Source of the DNA: Octopus vulgaris
Lineage: Eukaryota
NCBI GenBank assembly: GCA_951406725.2
Contig: OX597818.1
Location: 61,318,001-61,382,000, forward strand
Direction of reading: 5' to 3'
Length of the DNA: 64,000 nt
Position 1 is the first letter of the stretch. The number at the start of each line of letters is the position of its first letter. Position numbers and translations under genes: made by a program. This document shows, one piece after another, positions 1-11,952 of the stretch. The notes under the pieces were generated by a model, which made no database searches, was not told the origin of the DNA, and worked only from the letters and a program-made list of their open reading frames with translations.

Positions 1-940
1 AACAAGTAAACACACACATGTTCGTGTGTGTATGCATAAAAGTGGAGCTGGATAAGCATATGGTCAATGTTCTATAAAGGATGTATCAGAAATGAAGACT
101 TATATTTCTGAAACCTTGAGAGTGCCAGATGTTTTCCAAACATCTAAACATATATAGGTCAGTAATCTTGTACCAATTTATTATTATAAAAGCAAAGTGT
201 GCCAATTGCTTCTGAATCTGCCAAAATTTTGACATTTATATCTTTTGAACCTTATTACTATTTTAAAATCCTTCTATGTAAAGAACTAGTTATCTAAGAG
301 GATGGTTATATCTCTCTGTAGGCATGCTGTCATCCTTTGTTTTACAATGGTCTCTGAGGTATTTGTTTTGTTTGTGAGGTATGAACCAAGAAGTTACCAC
401 ACTTCTTAAATGACAGAAATGGGTAGTACTCAGTCTTTCATGTACTTTTTTTATTTCCATTCTTTTGTTGGAAAGAATAGACTACACCCATGGATTTTGT
501 AGGTACTCTGTGATAATGTACAGTATAATCATACTAACCAACCATAGGTCAAAATGCCATGCTACTAACAGTTTACTGACCATTATAGGAAGAGAAATCC
601 TGCTTTATTTATTTTATTACAAACAGTACTTTTATAATAATTGTTTAGCTTTCAAACAGTTCAGAATTCTGTATTTGTATACATAAGCAACGACTTTATT
701 CTAACACAATTTCTTTTAGAAAATTAGTATTTGTAAATCTCACAACGAGAGATATTCAGCAACAGTACTCTGGAAATTGCGATACACAGATATTGTTTTG
801 AGCTGAGTTGGGGTGCTAGGTTCCCCTGTTTGAAAAAAATATAAGGACACAGATTGTGTTGTATAGTCAGCTGGAGACGATGTCTCCTGGGGCTAAATTA
901 CAGTAACTTTTGTCCTAAACAAGGACTGCCATATTATGTT

Positions 941-1093
941 GGCAGCTGTGTGGTAAGTAGCTTGCTTACCAGCCACATGGTTCCAGGTTCAGTCCCACAG
1001 CGTAGCACCTTGGGCAAGTGTCTTTTACTATAGCCTCAGGCCGACCAAAGCCTTGTGAGTGGATTTGGTAGACAGAAACTGAAAGGAGCCCAT

Positions 1094-1130
<37 letters not shown>

Positions 1131-1343
1131 ATATATATATGTATATATATATGTGTGTGTGTGTGTTTTTGCCCCCCCCCCCCCATCACTTGACAACCAA
1201 TGCTGGTGTGTTTATGTACCCGTAACTTAGCAATAAAATAAGTACTACAAAGAATAAGTTCTGGGGTTGATTTATTTGATTAAAGGCAGTGCTCCAGCAT
1301 GGCTGCAGTCAATTGACTGAAACAAATAAAAGAATAAAAGAAT
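941..1343 (+). mobile_element. tRNA-headed SINE, family A (internal TG/TA microsatellite), internal deletion near 1230
   Basis: Head GCTGTGTGGTAAGTAGCTTGCTT..GGTTCAGTCCC (A/B-box-like), body CCTTGTGAGTGGATTTGGTAGAC, tail GACTGAAACAAATAAAAGAAT; similar to copies at 16685, 34514 and 48436. Confidence 0.85.
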
Positions 1344-2466
1344 CTTTATCACAATTTCTTTTGCTTCTTGTCTACTGTAGTCTTTTTATTCCTTTCTTTG
1401 TTTAACCACACTCATTGTTTCCAATATGTTTGGCTTTTCTAAAGACACTGTTAATACCAAGGGATCGTTATGCCTTTAACACAAATCTTTCCAATCAAGT
1501 ATTCTGCTGCATTCAGACAGTAGACCAACAGTTCGCCTCCTTTTCTCGCAAACACACACAAGCCTTCTGTCATTTCCATCCATATTCATTTCTTTTATGC
1601 TTTCGGTTCTGCTTCTTAATCTTGTAAGCTAATGACGGAATAAATTTGCCTGAGGTAACCCAGAGTGTCTATCTATAACATTTATTTTTAAATCTAAACA
1701 ATTAAAGATTTCGCTTTGTTGAATTTTATATTTATACTGCTTAACCTTCAAGCTCGTGTGATATCATGAATGCATTTCGTTTTTCTCTTCTTTCCTTTAA
1801 AAATCAGACTTCCTTCTATGAATCATTCATCCTGATATCTTGATCACCAAACTTCCATTCACAAATACTAATCACACGATCTCTTTTAATGAAGTTGCAA
1901 CCTCTCTCTCTCTCTCTCCCTTTCTCATCCATACTCACTTTTACACTACGAAGTAACATGCAGTGCTAACTTATATTTTCCAACACAGACATTTCCCTGG
2001 GATTAGAAAATATGAAATCATGAAATATATTGTAAGGAAACTCTGGTTACAATATTCTGCCCTCATGGAAATTGTAAAATACGACCACTTAATCTGGGAT
2101 AAGACCTGTAAATCTGCTCTTATAGAAACTTAGATGATTGTAAATACTTCTATAAATCAAAATCTTAATAAGTGTGCATTTTAAGCCCCTTTTCCAGCTC
2201 CCACATTCATAGATCAACAATTCAACTGGCCTCGGTCTCCACTGAATTCAACAAACTCATCAGCATTGACCTGTCTCCTCCTCAGCACTATCTTGTTTGG
2301 GAATGCACTAATTAAACTGACTTGGATCTTATTAGTGTAATTAAAGTACTTCCTCTCACTTTACTCCTCCTTCTATTTTGTTACTTTTATGACTGATGTA
2401 ATAATACAACTGATTTTTGTTGATACGGAACTCAGAGTCTCTTGGTTTACCGTATGAATAAACATA

Positions 2467-2940
2467 GGAATCCTTATCTTGCTCAGAACATTGACCTCCT
2501 GGAATCTGTCCAGAGACGTGCAACCAAACGCATACCCTCCATCAGACACCTACCATATTCTGAGCGCCTTGTTTCCCTGGGCATTGATTCACTGAAGCTG
2601 GCAACAGACTTGGTAAACACCCACAAAGTTATCAACCACCTCACCAACAACAACACTGAACACCTTTTTGATCTCCATGTGTCCAACACACGTGGACATG
2701 CCTACAAAGTCAGAAAACAACACAGCTCCCATGACTTTCGGAAACATTTTTTCACGCTCAGAGTTGCTGAAGCATGGAATAAACTGCCTGCGTCAGTTGT
2801 TGACTGCCATGACACTGCATCCTTTAAGGCTCTCATGCTTTCCGAAATCCGCTGAAACTACACCTGATTATATATACACTTTAGATGAGTTGTAGTGCAC
2901 CTGAGCACTGTACACAATTATTATTATTATTTTTATTATT
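2467..2940 (+). mobile_element. CR1-clade LINE, 5'-truncated 3' end (ORF2 C-terminus, 3'UTR, (ATT)n tail)
   Basis: ORF 2442-2855 reads NPYLAQNIDLLESVQRRATKRIP...TRGHAYKV...FFTLRVAEAWNKLP, the typical CR1 ORF2 C-terminus. Confidence 0.9.
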
Positions 2941-3019
2941 ATGATAGTTATTGAAGAGAAATCTAGAAGTTTGTATTGCAATTGTAATGTGTAACCTTCT
3001 AATGCATAATCTTTCCTTG

Positions 3020-4080
3020 CTATTAAACACTTGTTTGAAAGATTTAAGAGGTGCTTTCATTTGCACAACATTAAAATTACTAGCAAAGCTGCCAACACCA
3101 ACACAGAAGCTACAACTAATTGTTCTGAAAAGCCAGAGAGAATTATTGCTGAAGATAGTTATATATGAGAACAAGTCTACAATGTTGATGTAACTGGCCA
3201 TTTCTGAAAGTGTATGTCTACTAGAACTTATTTCTTGTGAAGAAAAGTCAGCATTGGGTTTCAAAGCTTCTAAATCTGCCCAATGCTTTTTTATGGAAGG
3301 AAATGCCACTGATAATATGAAATTCAAGTTACTACTAGTGTATTGCTCTTCAAACTCAAGAGCTTTCAAGAATAAGACCAGTTTAATCTACCATATCTAC
3401 CGAATAAGGAAGTTTGAATGACTATGAGTCTTTTCCAAGCTTGGTAAACAAATATTTATTCGTCCTGCTGAACAAAGGCACAGGGCTAGGTGTAATACAC
3501 CTAATACAGCAGTGCCACTTTTATACAATGCACAAATGTACTCCGTGGTAATTGAAGCATGGAAAATACAGCCAAGAACACAAGTTCTTTGCACCAACCA
3601 AATAATCAGGCTGTAATAGCTAAGTTCAGGCCACATTTAAGAAAAATCTTGGAAACAACCAACAAAAGAAATTGATAAGGAAGAGATACCTAGTCAGAAA
3701 CTTCTAGCAAAAGTTCAGCAATGAGAACACAGTGGGTAACATAGCCTGGTAATGGGATGAGTGAAACCATCTATGAATGATGTTTAGCAAACCATACTGA
3801 CTCACTACAAATCTACATCAAGTTCAGAAAAATACTGTGACAAATGGCAAAATGACGAAGTGCCTGAATAAATTGTAAATGATGCTGTAGCTGAATTATT
3901 AAAGTCCTGTCACTTATGAAAGGAGATCTACAAGTCTTTGTGGATAACAATCCTAAATGCGAAAGCAGCCTAAATATTACAGAACAATTACATAATGGGC
4001 TCATTTCCTATACTGAGCTGTGCAAAGAGTGTGCAGTAAACATCAAACAATTTTGGATAATATTTCTCCCCACCTCTTTG
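3020..4080 (+). mobile_element. Decayed Tigger/pogo (DDE_1) transposase remnant
   Basis: Manual translation: LFERFKRCFHLHNIKIT..IIAEDSY..QVYNVDVTGHF*KCMSTRTY..EEKSALGFKASK..GNATDNMKFKLLLVY..NSRAFK; C-terminal DNNPKCESSLNITEQLHNGLISYTEL; stops and frameshifts. Confidence 0.8.
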
Positions 4081-5097
4081 CAGCAAAGGATGATGAACTA
4101 CAAGGTAGAAGATAGTACCCCTTCCTTACAAAAGACTTCCATAGTACGAGTACAACCTATCACATAGCAGCAACTCATTTGTGGAGAGTACTATCAAACA
4201 ATAGCACTATGTTCCTTAACATATCTCTCTTCAAACATCTTTACATATACTCTGTGTATTGAAAAATTGATACTTTCATGTTCATGATTGAAAGTGGGTG
4301 CATTATACCTCCACCACAGACAAAAAAAAAAGCAAAAACAAAACAAAAGAAACACATCTCATTTTAAAACATGGAATCAATGGTAAAATATGTCTTGTGT
4401 AACAGAATGCTATGTAATGCTAAGACTTTCAGGAATGTGGAATTCTGTGACTGAGGCAATGCCCATATATATACCTAGCAAACTTTGACAACTATTATTT
4501 TTCATCGCTATGAATAACTTTTTACATGTCTGTCACGAGGTGGTACTCTCTTAATGACTCTAATTAGCATCTCTATATCTGCTCAAGTGTGTATTGAATT
4601 ATATTCAATAAAACATCGTCAACAGCTCTATAATCAATGTTTTTCAATAATTTGTTCTAAAATACTTCCAGTTCACCTAGAATTTACATTTAGCTGTCAT
4701 TTAGATTTCATTTACACCGATGGTCTTACAATTAGCTACATTTTATCACTTTTTGCTTTTCTCACAGACCAACTTCCTTTGATTTGGAAGTCTTCCCAGC
4801 ATTCATTATTCATCCTCCATGTTTTAATGCCACAGCATCCCCCAGTAGCACACCTGCCTTATGAGATAACATCATTATATAATGACAGGTGAAAATGACT
4901 TTCTTGGTACCTTTTGGGTTGGGAGTCCTTTTCATACTACTGCATTTTTTCTTTCTTTTTATCCCATATATTCATGGAAAACCTACCTGAAGTCACATGC
5001 CCCTTAGAGAAATGATTTTTTTCTCCATGTTTGTTTTTCTTTTCTTTTAGCAAACATTTCAAATATTGCCCACTATATAACAATTAGTTATTATAGT

Positions 5098-5474
5098 GTG
5101 GAGACACAATGGCCCAGTGGTTAGGGCAGGTAGACTTGTGGTCATAGGATCACAGTTTACATTCCCAGATCAGGTGTTGTGTTTATTGAGCGAAAACACC
5201 TAAAGTTCCATGAGGCTCTGGCAGGGATTGGTGGCGAACCTTGTTGTACTCTTTCACCACAACTTTCTCTCCCTTTTTCATCCTGTTTCTGTTGCACCTG
5301 TATTTCAAAGGACCAGCCTTGTCACACTTTGTGTCACGCTGAATCTCCCTGAGAACTATGTTAAGGGTACACATGCCTGTGGAGTGCTCAACCACTTGCA
5401 TGTTAATTTCACGAGCAGGCTGTTCCGTTGATCGGATCAACTGGAACCCTCGTCATCATAACCGATGGACTGCC
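5098..5474 (+). mobile_element. tRNA-headed SINE, family B, tail type X
   Basis: Head TGGCCCAGTGGTTAGGGCAG (A box); body GAGCGAAAACACCTAAAG; inverted homologue at 18181-18561. Confidence 0.85.
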
Positions 5475-6392
5475 ATGATTATAATAAACCACATTTTTTC
5501 TTGTTTACTCTTCCACTTATAACCCAATTCTAGTGAAAGAAAACTTCACAGAGGTTTGCATCATATTTCTGACTCTAAGATGAAATTCATACAGAAGTAT
5601 TAAGACAAATGTGTAACAAACTATCTTATATTCCATTAGAAGTACCTTCGTTCATAACATTTGGGGTGGCACTACTATTGAATTGATTTAAAATTATTTA
5701 AATCAATCAGAATTAATTAAATATTTCAATGCTATCCAATTTGAGTGTAATTCCTTAATTACACATTCTAAATATGTATTTATCGTCTATGAAAAGTTAA
5801 CTACAAGCAGAAACTTAACTAATTGTTTATTTCTCAATTATAACAGCACTTCTACTTTCTAAGATGTTGCTATTTTTCAATTGCCTGGATTACCTTATGT
5901 ATTCAGAGAGACTCACTCTAAATATATACTCCTTGAGAGAAAAGAAATTTTTAAAAAATGTTTAAATATTCCTGAGTATATGAAACATAAATACAACATA
6001 AATCTTAGTGAAAATGAACTAAAATGTATATTAATCACCAAAGTATATGTGCTTAAGGAGGGAAGCAAAATAACAATGGATGTTATTGCAGCTAATATTG
6101 TTGCTATAGCTGCTGCACTAAACAAGTGAGAGATTAAAAGATTCTAATAATGGTAATTCTATATCATTCATTACTGAAACAATAGTGTGTTGATCTTTAT
6201 TCAAGGAAAGAATGGAATCGGTTAGCACGAAGATAGTTGATTCGTTCACTTTTCATTATGTTAGAACAATTCTGCACACAATGCTAAAAATTCACTTTGA
6301 AAGAAAAAAATTAAAGGTAAAAGTTTCGAAGTCTATAAAAGGAAACCTGTGAAGAAAACAATAGCACATTTAAACTGTCTCAATCAACATAC

Positions 6393-6440
6393 CTCATTAC
6401 AATTGTATTTCAAGGATGGGAGGAAATATTGCAGGCTTAC
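6393..6440 (-). CDS. Candidate 48-nt exon / recursive-splicing exon of an unidentified minus-strand host gene (VSLQYFLPSLKYNCNE if phase 0)
   Basis: Minus strand: acceptor ggttttttctttctgtttcag|GTAAGC...AATGAG|gtatgt donor; length divisible by 3; one frame open; no recognised homology. Confidence 0.3.
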
Positions 6441-7799
6441 CTGAAACAGAAAGAAAAAACCATAATTTAATACATGCTGATTCAAGAAATAAATAAATAG
6501 AAATCAAAAAAGAAGGATACAGAAAAATTGAAGAGAATTAGTTGAGCACTTTCACTGGTTGTTGACTGAAACTACAGACATTTTCTTGCTAATAACAAGC
6601 AGTATTTTAGTTACAAGTGTATGAAACCAGAGAAAGTGTTATGACATTAAGTGCGAAATTTATCTTAACAATGAGATGACAGTTTTGTGACTACATATCT
6701 GTAGTAACACTTGAGAAATTCAGTATCTTACAACAAACAGGATTTACTTACTTAAGAGATAGTCTACTGGAAATAGCTTTCATTTGATGATAATTATTAT
6801 CATTACTACTTTTCCAATATAATATTATTATTGTTTGAATTTTAAATATTATTTCAATACTTTCGGTGACACTTTAAAGCCACTTCCTAACATGAAATCT
6901 CATCGAGTGGATATCGGAAAATCTGATATATGAAATATATTACACAAACTCAGCAGAGATATCCTTTGAACATCTCAAATGTAAATCAGATTTTTGTTAG
7001 GAATGGCATACAGTAATAAAATGAAAGAAAAAGTCAGGAAAATACAATTCTTCATGTTACTTTCAGAGAAGATTAACCATATGAAACACAAAGGTTACAT
7101 AAAAGATTTTTCTCTTTTATTTATCGTTCAAATACAATGTCATGCCATAGAGACATATTTAAGGTAATATGAACCCAAAATAGAAAGGGTCTGCGTCAAA
7201 CAAGTAAGAAAAAGAGCATCATTTTTGAAGAACGAGTGACAGGAGAAAATGACTACATAAAGTATACCAGATTGAAAAGAGCTATTTCTAGTGACTATGA
7301 ACAGGACTACAGCACACACACACACACACACTGCATCTGTTTGACTTTTGTACTCTCCCACCTTTGAAACCAGATAAACTAATGTCCTAATTTGGACATC
7401 TGATCATCTATTATTGAACTTCATTGCACCTAGAAATTCTTCAATATCACTTAATTTTTAATGGAACACTGCTGTAAATAGTACATAAAAAAATAGGGTA
7501 TAATAAAATTATTCATTTAATAAAGAGAAAATCATCAGCGTGTGCAGAATGTTATTTCTGTAGATTGAAATCTAACGGAGTATATAATATTCCCATATAT
7601 GATTTTCCAGTCATTTATGTTTGTAAAAGAACATTATTGCACATTATTACACAGTGCTATTATACAGTACTATTATACAAAAGCAGCATTTGAAGGCCTT
7701 TAAGTATATGAGACCTATTACCTAAAGAAAAATGAGCATAAAATGTAAAAATGATAATACTAATGCAAAGAAGTGTACTAGCTTAAAGAAGTGTAAGCC

Positions 7800-8960
7800 A
7801 CATAAAATTAATATACAAAAGAATTAAAGATGGATATTATAAACCATTCAGAAACAGCTAATCTCAATTTTCAATAAGCAGGGCTTTAAACAAGAGCAAA
7901 TCAACTGTGTCTTCAGTTTATAATAAAACCAGGAAAGAAAAAATGTGTAACATAGGAAATATGAAAGCATCAATTATATGCAAAAAAGAATTTAAAAACC
8001 CACAAGGCATATATATATAGTAAAACTGGAGAGTTCATTAAAAGTATAGATTGGTGAGGAACATAGCTAAATGCTCCAGTGAGTTTTGTTATAATTTAAG
8101 GTAAGGCTATAAAGTTTATATGCAGAATATCAGAAATACTTAGATCTTCAGAATTTCTAACAAGCAAAGAAAGATCTGAAAGTTCACGAAAACGGTGGCT
8201 TTGCATAACCTTTAACTGACCAAAGAAATAGTTATTGCAGGTGAAAGAGCTGCAACAAATTTTATTCAAACTTGTGCTGATATCATTGAAGAAGGGACTA
8301 AAACTGCACCTTCCTTTCTAAATGGTAATAAGACTGGTTTATTACAAAAGATGCCAGAAAGAACGTATTAGTTGGCGAGAAAATTCCATCAGAGCATAAA
8401 ATAGCCAAGTGCTGATGAACACTTGTAGACAGCAATGTAATTAATGATGTTAAAGTGAATGCGTGGAGGCACGTGGCTTAATGGTTAGGGTGTCAGCACC
8501 ATGATTGTAAGATTGTGGTTTCGATTACTGGACCGGGTGACGCGTTGTGTTCTTGAGCAAAACACTTCATTTCACGTTGCTCCAGTCCACTCAGCTGGCA
8601 AAAATGAGTAACGTTACGATGGACTGGCGTCCTGTCCAGCTGGGGAACACATACGCCATAGAAACTGGGAAAGCAGGCCCATGAGCCTGGCTAGGCTTTA
8701 AAAAGGGTGCATTTATTTTTTTTTTATTTTAAAGTGAATGCAGTGCTAGTCCTGAGAATCCTATCGTTTGAAAGGAATGGTACGAGTCTTCTGAAAAGTT
8801 TAAAACAAAGAAAGAATGCTTAGGTTACAATTGTCATGTTCCAAGTTGGGTTTTCAGTTCATTTTCTTTCTGCATTTAAAGATATTGTACAAAAAATAAT
8901 TTATTGCTTTCAGGCATTCTAAATTTAGGACAGCACCTGAACATCCTACAGCATTTCAGG
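7800..8960 (+). mobile_element. Decayed Tigger/pogo transposase remnant interrupted by a SINE
   Basis: KELKMDIINHSET..SKSTVSSV (HTH-like); AGERAATNFIQTCADIIEEGTKTAPSFLNGNKTGLLQKMPERTY; ENP; APEHP. Confidence 0.7.
8463..8728 (+). mobile_element. tRNA-headed SINE with CORE-like body and Meta-like 3' module; 13-bp TSD
   Basis: TSD TTAAAGTGAATGC at 8450-8462 and 8729-8741; head TGGCTTAATGGTTAGGG..GTTTCGATTAC; 3' module CGATGGACTGGCGTCCTGTCCAG shared with copies at 11953 and 47842. Confidence 0.85.
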
Positions 8961-8979
8961 ATCCACTTTTGCAAACTAC

Positions 8980-9930
8980 AGCCGATTGCCTTTATCTCTC
9001 AAGTGATTTGTTCTCTCTCATTCATTCACACTTTCATTACGCATACAGCAGCATCATGCTAGCTGCATTTGTTTCCAGCTTTTGTACATCCACTGCAAAG
9101 TCCTGTTTCACTACCCTGCAATATTGCACTTGGTACACAGCTGTCATACATTCTGCCCTACAGTAAGAGAACGAATCTCTTTGTTACCAGCAGAAGTAAT
9201 AATTCTCTAATATTTTTTTTCATCCCATTCTTCCTCTGGCTTCTATGCCTTCAGAACACTGGGAACAATAAATGTGCTGTTGCTGCTTCTTATTTCTTTA
9301 TTGCCCACAAGGGGCTAAACATAAAGGGGACAAACAAGGACAGACAAGGAACTGAGTCGATTACAGAGTCGATGAAAGGCAAAGTCAACCTTGGTGGAAT
9401 TTGAACTCAGAACGTAATGGCAGAGGAAATACCTATTTCTTTACTACCCACAAGGGGCTAAACACAGAGAGGACAAACAAGGACAGACAAATGGATTAAG
9501 TCGATTATATCGACTCCAATGCATAACTGATACTTATTTAATCGACCCCCAAAAGGATGAAAAGCAAAGTGGACCGTGTCGTAATTTGAACTCAGAATGT
9601 AGGGGCGGATGAAATGCTACTAAGCATTTCAACCCAGCGTGCTAACGATTCTGCCAGCTCACCGCCTTATTTTTTTTTTTTACCCACCTGTCCTCCTAAT
9701 GTCCTGTAAACTGTCCTCCTGAAGTCATGTAATAGAATAGCTGTTGCTGCTTCTATTACACACAAAACCCCCTGTCAGCCTGTAATTCCACAGTATTTCA
9801 TGTGCAACCATAGTTTACATTGGGTACACATAGGCAATTTCTACCTACACTTTCTGCTGCATATTGATCAAATTCATGGCCATTTCCCAAGTGTTCTGTG
9901 TTAGATAGAAGGGTTGCATAGAAATATAAT
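8980..9930 (-). mobile_element. Decayed RTE-clade LINE ORF2 fragment, interrupted by a family D SINE
   Basis: Minus translation RELLLLLVTKRF..GRMYDSCVPSAILQGSET and an upstream GKWP..SIC..GRN cysteine-rich segment. Confidence 0.65.
9291..9668 (-). mobile_element. tRNA-headed SINE, family D, dimeric
   Basis: Head GGCGGTGAGCTGGCAGAATCGTTAGC, B-box GAGTTCAAATT, tail CCCCTTGTGGGTAGTAAAGAAATA present twice; flanking repeat GCTGTTGCTGCTTCT at 9276-9290 and 9740-9754. Confidence 0.85.
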
Positions 9931-10040
9931 TTGTCTCTACTTAGGACAAATCAAAATCTGATCCAAAATTATGATTTTTTAAACAAAACACCATAAGATA
10001 TAATATACTATTTCAGTTCTATATTTAAGAGATGATGAAT

Positions 10041-10391
10041 TCATCATCGTTTAACATCCGCTTTCCATGCTAGCCTGGGTTGGACAGTTCAACTGGGGTC
10101 TGGGAAGCCCGAAGGCTGCACCAGGCCAGTCAGATCTGGCAGTGTTTCTACAGCTGCATGCCCTTCCTAATGCCAACCACTCCGTGAGTGTAGTGGGTGC
10201 TTTTTATGTGCCACCGACACAGGTGCCAGACGAGGCTGGCGAACAGCCATGCTCGGATGGTATTTTTTTTGTGCCACCGACACAGGTGTCAGATGAGGCT
10301 GGCGAATGGTTACGCTCGGATGGCGTTTTTTAAGTGCCACCAGCACGGAGGCCAGGCGAGGCTGGCACGGCCACGATTGGATGGTGTTTGT
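10041..10391 (-). mobile_element. Family C RTE-type 3' end nested inside the palindromic element
   Basis: (CAT)n-CGTTTAAC..TTTCCATGCTAGC..CTACAGCTG..CCCTTCCTAA; three roughly 63-bp internal repeat units. Confidence 0.85.
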
Positions 10392-10429
10392 TATGTACAT
10401 GGATATTTGTCCTCATCTTGTTTGTTGTT

Positions 10430-10475
10430 AACACAACGTTTCAGTTGATATACCATCCAGTCTTCATCAGGTGTC
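10430..10475 (-). ncRNA. Minimal type I hammerhead ribozyme motif (left arm; stem II degraded)
   Basis: Minus strand GACAC-CTGATGA-agactgg..tcaact-GAAACGTT-GTGTT; stem I GACAC/GTGTT; palindromic ACGT stem III. Confidence 0.55.
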
Positions 10476-10762
10476 TTGGGAAAATTTCAAACCTGGGTTC
10501 TCATTCCTAAGGTATTTTTCAATGTTATTATTATCATTAATTATTATTATGCAGGTCACTGCCTGGAATTGAACTCGGAATCTTGGGGTTAGTAGCCCAT
10601 GCTTTTAACCACTACGCCATATGCCCGGACATATGGCATAGTGGTTAAGAGCATGGACTACTAACCCCAAGATTCTGAGTTTGATTTCCAGGCAGTGACC
10701 TAAATAATAATAACATTAAAAAATGCCTTAAGAATGAGAACCCAGGTTCAAAATTTCCCCAA

Positions 10763-10808
10763 GACACCTGATGAACGCTGGAGAATATATCAGCCGAAAC
10801 ATTGTGTT
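10763..10808 (+). ncRNA. Minimal type I hammerhead ribozyme motif (right arm; stem III G>A change)
   Basis: GACAC-CTGATGA-acGCTGg agaatata tCAGCc-GAAACATT-GTGTT. Confidence 0.55.
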
Positions 10809-11952
10809 AACAACAAACAAGATGAGGACAAATATCCATCAAATGTAAATAATGTATATACTATTTCAATATAAATGAGTTAGCAATATAATATATATTC
10901 AACACAAAAAGGAAATTTGAGCAAAATAAATGATATAGATTGCAAATCTTCTTCACAATTCAAAAATTTAGTAAACTTAAAGAATAATTCAAGATAACAA
11001 AAAAAAAAATAAATAAAATATTCCAAACAGTTACAGAAGTTTTAATGTATCGTTTTATTACACACACAGTTGCAATAGTTTTGATATCATATAATCATAG
11101 CCAAACATATCTACATGCATACACACAGCATAAAACAATGTACACTCTTTATTGTTCTGTAGAAGATTAACTTGTGATTTTTATACAGATTTAGTGCTAC
11201 TTTTGAAGTGGATAAATCTTAATCTCTATTTTGTAACAATGAAAAAATTGAATAAAACTCCTTTGTACTTTTGAGAGTTTTACTGCTCATAATCCACTTC
11301 TGACAAAATTGATTTTAAATATAAACCGGTTAAAAATCTTCTGAAGCTTAGTAAACAAATTCATTTAAATAATTACATTTTTTTTATAATCAAAACATAT
11401 TTTAAAAAATTATTGCTGATATAGATCATGATCACATTAGGTATACAATAAAACAGACAGTGAAATAATTAAAGAAGACTGCTTAAAATTTAAAACAAAA
11501 CATCGTTAATTATGCAAAATAGTGATATTCTTAATTTAAAATTATGAAGAGAAGAGAAATTATGTGTTAATCTTTACATTTATTTCATTGACACACAAAT
11601 TAAATTTTCTTACAATTATGCCTAATTAATCTACAAAATTCAAAATTTTCTATGAACGTAAAAGAGAAAATTTCTGCATAACTAAATATAATGGAGAAAA
11701 ACAACCAGATTTAAATCCAGTATATATATATCATCTGACATTTCAGATTCTTCTTTTCAAATACTCTCCTTGTGCTTTCGTTTAATCATCTATTCATTGA
11801 TAAACAACAGAAAATATATCTTCAACCAAAACAATTCAGCATCTCACGAGGCTTGTGAAGCTTATGTCACAGAATAAATATCTGTGTGTTCCTAGATTCT
11901 CAATCATTATACTTTTGATGTATTCATTTCTGAAGTTCGATGCATAAATTTG

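Larger units (their letters stand above)
10016..10855. mobile_element. Head-to-head palindromic element: tRNA-like head plus hammerhead-motif tail (Penelope-type non-autonomous element); 13-bp TSD
   Basis: Arms 10399-10626 and 10627-10839 are reverse complements with no spacer; TSD ATATACTATTTCA at 10003-10015 and 10856-10868. Confidence 0.8.

Noticed and set aside
2881-3369. 162-aa minus-strand ORF
   Set aside because: Antisense to the decayed Tigger transposase on the plus strand
10197-10391. Regularly spaced repeats resembling a CRISPR array
   Set aside because: Degenerate tandem units within a eukaryotic retroelement 3'UTR; no unique spacers or cas genes
10554-10700. Two tRNA-like sequences as genuine tRNA genes
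   Set aside because: Imperfect acceptor and anticodon stems, embedded in a TSD-flanked repeat; treated as SINE-like heads
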